This document shows, piece after piece, positions 28,323 to 33,108 of a stretch of DNA of 33,108 nucleotides. The stretch covers positions 1 to 33,108 of the forward strand of contig JBIIGV010000018.1 of assembly GCA_044236265.1 (NCBI GenBank), read 5' to 3'. Made by a program: the position numbers and the translations under genes. The stretch comes from Oligoflexales bacterium. GTDB taxonomy: Bacteria; Bdellovibrionota_B; Oligoflexia; Oligoflexales; RGVZ01. The notes below the pieces were generated by a model. That model did no database searches and was not told the origin of the DNA. It saw only the letters and a program-made list of their open reading frames with translations. The stretch's first letter is position 1; each line of letters begins with the position of its first letter.

Positions 28323-28973
28323 TCAGAGCCACAGTGTAAATCCTGTACCAATGTTTGTGGTACGGGAGTTGATGGACTTCGCTTCAGAATTTCCACCCGT
28401 GCGAACAGAGTGTTCATCGATAGACTTTGCTTGTCCAAAGAAGGAAACGCGTTCGCTCATGAAGTAGTTAAAACCTAAGCTGTAATACAAACCACTTCCG
28501 TAAAAGTCAGAGGTGTTCAGATAGCGTTGATAGTCATAACGTGTTCCGATGACTCCACCACCGGCTTCCAGATTGGCTAGTGGCGCTGTGAATACTAGCT
28601 TGGCTCCGCCGGAGAACCTGCTTCCGCCAAGTCGCTCCAGACTTGATGCCGATGAGCGCATGCTCATCATGCTGTGTGACACGTTGAATTGTACAAACTT
28701 CATGATTTCTATACCCAAAGTTTGACTCAAATTATAGCCACGCCACTTCGAAACTTTCGGAGTGCTGGAGGAAAGGCCAAGACTGCCTCCGCCGCCCGAC
28801 ATTTCAAACTCGCCATATTCGCCCTCAACCGACTGAGATACGAAGATATGCGCGATGGCGCTGGACCTGGTCGTGTTCACATAATTATGTGTTACCGACT
28901 GGGACCAAGCGGTTCCAGAAAATGTTCCAAGTGCCAGAAGCACCAGGACCGTTTGTAAGATTTTCTTTCTCAT
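28323..28973 (-). CDS. Small outer-membrane beta-barrel protein (8-stranded type)
   Basis: Signal peptide; alternating amphipathic strands (GLYYSLGFNYFM, VSFFGQAK); C-terminal IGTGFTLWL; GGAG RBS before ATG 28973. Confidence 0.78.
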   Translation of the reverse strand: MRKKILQTVLVLLALGTFSGTAWSQSVTHNYVNTTRSSAIAHIFVSQSVEGEYGEFEMSGGGGSLGLSSSTPKVSKWRGYNLSQTLGIEIMKFVQFNVSHSMMSMRSSASSLERLGGSRFSGGAKLVFTAPLANLEAGGGVIGTRYDYQRYLNTSDFYGSGLYYSLGFNYFMSERVSFFGQAKSIDEHSVRTGGNSEAKSINSRTTNIGTGFTLWL

Positions 28974-29045
28974 AATTGTTCTCCACTTCAATGGCTAAAA
29001 ACCAAGGAACCAATGTCAGCAATTCGGACGCTTGCCTAAGGGTTG

Positions 29046-29062
29046 AGCAAGAGGCATGCCAA
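29046..29062 (-). promoter_or_regulatory. Putative sigma54 (-24/-12) promoter for the OMP gene
   Basis: The minus strand reads TTGGCATGCCTCTTGCT versus consensus TGGCACG-N4-TTGCW, with exact GG-N10-GC spacing. Confidence 0.65.
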
Positions 29063-29264
29063 TGAGGCTGGGTTAAATAAGGAAGTCGATTTAGTGGCTT
29101 AAGTCCTTGGGACGTCGCTTCGTCTGTCAAATTTCTTTACAGGCTGTCATTGAGCCCTACCCCGTGGAGGCTAACCCCTCTATTTTTCATAGAAATACAG
29201 GCTTTTTACGTTGCTCAATTGGCTTAGCCTGTGCCAGAATGTCTAGTGTTGTTGGAGGTATAGC

Positions 29265-30149
29265 GTGCAGCGCGTCTTTCGCTTCTATAGCGACGACCTG
29301 TTTATTCGGGCGACATCGGTCATTTCCACTCCTGTAGTTAAGGCTATGTGTGAGGTCCAGAACACGCGTCCATTGGCGACTATGGCCCTCGGGCGAGCTG
29401 TAACCGGAGCGGTTCTGATGGCCGCTCAGCTTAGGGACCACCAAGTGGTAGGGCTACATTTTCGTGGAAACGGGCCACTGGGCTCTGTTTATGCTGAAGC
29501 CTCTTATGAAGGGGAGTGTCGGGGGTGGGTCGATCAGCCCGACGCCCAAGTTCCCCTTAAAGATGGGCGAATCGACGTGGCAGCGGGCCTCGGAATCGGC
29601 TTGCTAAATGTGATTCGTAGCCAGCCATTTGAGAAGGCTCCGCACATTGGAACCGTTGAATTGATCTCCAGTGAAATTGGGGACGATATCGCCTATTACC
29701 TTCAACAAAGTCACCAGATACCGTCCGTGACTGCTCTGGGTGTGATTCTTAGTCCCAATGGTGATGTGCAAGTTGCTGGTGGCGTTCTGATTGAATTAAT
29801 GCCTGGAGCGACTGAGGCTGTTATCTCTGCGCTTGAAGAGTCGGTTGCTAGCGCAAAATCGCTCTCTTCACTTTTATCAGAAGGCAGGGGTCCCGAGGAG
29901 CTTTTGAAGAATTATACCGGGCCCATCAAGATGAATCAGGTCGAGCATCCCTTTGAGATAAAATATTCGTGTCGTTGCAGTATCGATCGTGTTGAGCGCT
30001 CCATCACGATGCTTGGTCGTGATGAAGTGCAGAAAATAGTTGATGATGGTGTTGATGCAAAAGTTCGCTGCGAATTTTGTGGTCGTACCTACGTCCTAGA
30101 ATTGACAAAGTTGCTGGAGATCCTTGCCGGATTTTCGCAGATGAATTGA
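29265..30149 (+). CDS. hslO: Hsp33 redox-regulated chaperone
   Basis: ALGRAVTG, GNGPLG, YYLQQSHQIPS, AGGVLIELMPGA and Zn motif CRC...CEFC; GGAGGT RBS. Confidence 0.95.
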   Translation: MQRVFRFYSDDLFIRATSVISTPVVKAMCEVQNTRPLATMALGRAVTGAVLMAAQLRDHQVVGLHFRGNGPLGSVYAEASYEGECRGWVDQPDAQVPLKDGRIDVAAGLGIGLLNVIRSQPFEKAPHIGTVELISSEIGDDIAYYLQQSHQIPSVTALGVILSPNGDVQVAGGVLIELMPGATEAVISALEESVASAKSLSSLLSEGRGPEELLKNYTGPIKMNQVEHPFEIKYSCRCSIDRVERSITMLGRDEVQKIVDDGVDAKVRCEFCGRTYVLELTKLLEILAGFSQMN

Positions 30150-30158
30150 CGGTTTTCA

Positions 30159-30737
30159 TTAACGGCGAGAGATGGCAGTCCCACGCTCTTCATCCTGAGG
30201 ATGTAAGCCAGCTTCAATATCAAGAATTGGCTCCCCATTTTTGTCGCGGAAAATTCGCCGAGCAGTTCCGTTCAGCATAAATAGTCCATCGTCTTGTTTG
30301 CTCAGGACTCCGGTGAGCATCACGGAGCCGAGGCTTTCCTCCAGCTGGCCAAGGTCGCCCAGGCGCTGAAACACTTCAAGTCTGACTTGATATTGATTGC
30401 TGCGCTTCAACCAGCGTACAGGAGTCGTCTGCACGCGCCATTGACCCAGATAAAAATCATTGGATCGCTCGATTCTTGCGCGTAGAACCTGAGTTGTTGA
30501 TTTCCCAGCGAGCCTTGCCTTGCGCGTGGTTCCGTCGACTCCTCGTGTCTCGACATCGTTCCAGGTTTTGAACGTGAAAGGAATACGAACGCGTTGAGCT
30601 TTGGAAAACTCTGCATTGGGATCTTCCGGAGAATTGTATAGGCTGCTGGAGGCGACACCAAGATCAGTTTTAGATGCTGCAAAGCTGACGTTTGACATCA
30701 ATGATGCAAGGATGCTGCATAACAAAACTGCGCGCAT
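30159..30737 (-). CDS. Hypothetical exported beta-rich protein
   Basis: Signal peptide (MRAVLLCSILAS...SFA); GGAGG RBS before ATG 30737. Confidence 0.7.
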   Translation of the reverse strand: MRAVLLCSILASLMSNVSFAASKTDLGVASSSLYNSPEDPNAEFSKAQRVRIPFTFKTWNDVETRGVDGTTRKARLAGKSTTQVLRARIERSNDFYLGQWRVQTTPVRWLKRSNQYQVRLEVFQRLGDLGQLEESLGSVMLTGVLSKQDDGLFMLNGTARRIFRDKNGEPILDIEAGLHPQDEERGTAISRR

Positions 30738-30951
30738 GAGAAACCTCCGAATCGTTGTTCCAAGGTGACCGTACCGAACTTGCAGAAGGGATTTCATTTA
30801 TTTTACCATGGAATCATGGCAAGGCCGCCTCAGCCCCAGTGGATGAGCGTTGTCAGTTGTTTAAACGTGCCCGTAATCGCGAGACTTTTTGACGTGTTTT
30901 TGATTTGTGGCAAGTTTTAAACAAAATCACTTTGAATTGAGGATAGAGGCA

Positions 30952-32235
30952 GTGGCTGTTTTCAACAGAAATACATGGATTGTGGGGCCACTTGCAGCAG
31001 CCGTCTTCGTTTTGACGTGGATTTTATGCATACAGTTCAAACTGATGATCGATGATCCCGACCAAATGACGGCAGCACTTATCAAGTCCAACGAAAAGAT
31101 AATTCGCAACTATGTGCGCGCATGGGGTGAAACTCCAGCGTCGCTCAATGATATCAGGCTTTATGCCAGACAAACGGGGACGCAATTTGTTAATTACGAT
31201 GTTTGGGGTGAGCGTCTCGAGTATTTGCGTTTAGGAAAGGTCAACTATACCCTTCGTAGTTTTGGAGCTGATGGTGTCCAGAACAGGCCGGGCACCCGTC
31301 TTGATCCAGGAGTCTTCCACTGGGGTCTTCTTCTGGAAAAAGGTCTTCGCTACGACGAGGAAAGCGGACCTATGCACGCACGCCCTTCGGTCGTTTTGTT
31401 TGCAGGAGCGGATGACTCCCGGGGGCTTTGGCATGCGAAGCTTTTTGTTGATCCTATCTCTGGATCCCGTCGTCTGCTCGTCCGAAGTCGTCAGAAAAAG
31501 AATCTTTATATGTTAGCCCCTCATGATGGTGTGGAGGAGTTTCTCTGGGTTCCTGGGCAACAAAAAATTATCTTCACTGCAAGTCAAAGTGCTCGTTACG
31601 CAGATGGACTGTATATTTGGGATTTAGAGAAAGATGAGGCCAATAATTTATTTATGCTTGATGGTGATATGGCTGAACTTGATCCGGGGAATAAACAAAA
31701 GAATTTCTACGTTGCGTTATCAGCGATTCGAAACGAAAATCCGCCGAGCGTCGCAGTGTTCGTTCAGTCAGCCTCGAGTATTTTGCTAGATCCTCGCGCT
31801 TTCTTCCATCCGACGAACCTCCACGTTTTTAATCTCGGGGATAAAATTGAACACGTGTACCCCGACAAAGCCGCAAGCCAACAGAGGACACTTTTCAATA
31901 TGGAGTTTCTGGGTTTTGCAACAGTCAGCCCTGGCGGCACTGGTAATACACTTCAGTCTGCCTGGATGCGACTTCCTATGGGCGGCGATTGGGATAAGGC
32001 GGTTCTCACATGGCAGGACTTCGCATCATCATATGGCAAGTCGATGCTGGCTCCTTACGCAGTCTGGGGTATTTCAATGATTTATAGCGAAGCGTCGAAA
32101 TCTGCCGGCCGCGGCTCCAAGAATGGTCAAATATTTGCCTCTTACAGCCTAGAGTTGGGACGCGCTCTTAGCCAGATGTCTGTGGCCCCGGGATATGCCC
32201 GCGCAATAGGCGCTTGGATTGGGGCCAAAGATTGA
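30952..32235 (+). CDS. Membrane-anchored protein with a GspG/pseudopilin-like domain, beta-propeller-like segment and helical C-terminus
   Basis: N-terminal TM; PASLND...DVWGERLEY...YTLRSFGADG matches the T2SS-G motif (DPWGxxYxY...SxGxDG). Start is either GTG 30952 (GAGG RBS) or 30907. Confidence 0.7.
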   Translation: MAVFNRNTWIVGPLAAAVFVLTWILCIQFKLMIDDPDQMTAALIKSNEKIIRNYVRAWGETPASLNDIRLYARQTGTQFVNYDVWGERLEYLRLGKVNYTLRSFGADGVQNRPGTRLDPGVFHWGLLLEKGLRYDEESGPMHARPSVVLFAGADDSRGLWHAKLFVDPISGSRRLLVRSRQKKNLYMLAPHDGVEEFLWVPGQQKIIFTASQSARYADGLYIWDLEKDEANNLFMLDGDMAELDPGNKQKNFYVALSAIRNENPPSVAVFVQSASSILLDPRAFFHPTNLHVFNLGDKIEHVYPDKAASQQRTLFNMEFLGFATVSPGGTGNTLQSAWMRLPMGGDWDKAVLTWQDFASSYGKSMLAPYAVWGISMIYSEASKSAGRGSKNGQIFASYSLELGRALSQMSVAPGYARAIGAWIGAKD

Positions 32236-32241
32236 AAACAC

Positions 32242-32270
32242 TTGGATTACCGGCGTTCACTGGGTAGACT
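32242..32270 (+). promoter_or_regulatory. Putative sigma70 promoter for manC
   Basis: TTGGAT-N17-TAGACT. Confidence 0.4.
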
Positions 32271-32305
32271 TTTCTTTCGTCTACCCATTCTGACGTGAGG
32301 TCATC

Positions 32306-33108
32306 GTGCAGAAAAATGAGCTACCAAAAAATGTTTATGCAGTGATTTTAGCTGGTGGAAGCGGCACTAGGTTTTGGCCAAAATCAAGGCAGGCATCACC
32401 CAAACAACTATGTGCGCTTGGTGGTAGCAAAGAAACAATGCTCGAAATTACCTTGGCGCGTCTCGATGGGTTCATCCCGCCGGAGAGGCGACTGATAGTT
32501 ACACACAAGGATCAGGCTGAAGCTACGCGCAAGGTCGTGGGCTCTCGCTGTCCCTTGATCGTTGCCGAGCCTGAGGCTCGAAATACAGCTAACGCCCTCG
32601 CCTTGGCAGCTCTTGAAATCGGAAAAATGGGTGGCGGCGCAGATGCTGTGATGGTCAGTTTACACGCAGATCATGTCATAGCTAACGTCGAAGCTTTTAA
32701 AAAATCGCTGCGGACAGCCGTTGCTGTGGCTGAGTCTGGCGATTTGTGCTTGATCGGCATTGTACCCAAATATCCGGAGACAGGTTACGGATACATCGAG
32801 CGAGGTGCTGCGCGACCGGAGCCAGGTGCTTACAGGGTCGCCTCATTTCGTGAAAAACCAGAGCGAAAGCTGGCTGAAGAATTTGTAGCGAGCAAACAGT
32901 TTTACTGGAATGCGGGCTTATTTGTGTTTCCAGTGAGCACCTTGTTGGCTGAGCTTTCTGCGAAGCTGCCGTCCACGGTTTCTGCTCTTGAGGGGGTGGC
33001 TGCTGGCTGTAAGAGTCTTGCGCAAGTTAGTGGGGAGAAACTCGCTGCAGTTTACGGCTCCTTGCCGAAGATATCGATAGACCATGCTGTTCTTGAAGTG
33101 TCAAAAAA
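32306..33108 (+). CDS. manC: Mannose-1-phosphate guanylyltransferase, 3'-truncated by the window
   Basis: Not in the ORF track because it has no stop. Translation from GTG 32306 (GAGGT RBS) gives MQKNELPKNVYAVILAGGSGTRFWPKSR...PKQ, EPEARNTA, ADH, PETGYGYI, FREKP, WNAG and ISIDHAVLE. Confidence 0.95.
   Translation, partial: MQKNELPKNVYAVILAGGSGTRFWPKSRQASPKQLCALGGSKETMLEITLARLDGFIPPERRLIVTHKDQAEATRKVVGSRCPLIVAEPEARNTANALALAALEIGKMGGGADAVMVSLHADHVIANVEAFKKSLRTAVAVAESGDLCLIGIVPKYPETGYGYIERGAARPEPGAYRVASFREKPERKLAEEFVASKQFYWNAGLFVFPVSTLLAELSAKLPSTVSALEGVAAGCKSLAQVSGEKLAAVYGSLPKISIDHAVLEVSK

Overview
A gene-dense, moderate-GC bacterial chromosomal segment. The gene content (secreted and lipoprotein hypotheticals, a Cys-containing C-terminal sorting signal, several FliA-like promoters) suggests Bdellovibrionota/Oligoflexia or a related deltaproteobacterial lineage; this is inference only. 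About 33 CDS and one tRNA-Thr(CGU) are supported. Left part: M32 carboxypeptidase, aldehyde dehydrogenase + DUF779, two TetR regulators, FkbM methyltransferase, azurin + rhodanese and an alpha/beta hydrolase. Middle: a bolA-membrane protein-xdhABC operon divergent from rdgB, vWA and TPR exported proteins, an SH3 lipoprotein-mlaE-large monofunctional transglycosylase cluster and a YtnP-like MBL hydrolase. Right part: an M36/M4-like peptidase, a degenerate CE4-fold protein, tatD, a small OM beta-barrel, hslO, a GspG-domain fusion and a partial manC. I saw no mobile element, CRISPR array or defence system. The best leads are (i) the SH3-MlaE-AsmA-like/GT51 envelope operon lacking the other Mla subunits, (ii) an orphan DnaA-box cluster with an IHF site (DARS/datA/oriC-like), (iii) a hydrolase gene with no canonical in-frame start codon, (iv) a recurring sigma28-like promoter set, and (v) an uncharacterised membrane protein coupled to an XDH with altered Mo-site residues. 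All assignments come from reading motifs by eye; no searches were run.
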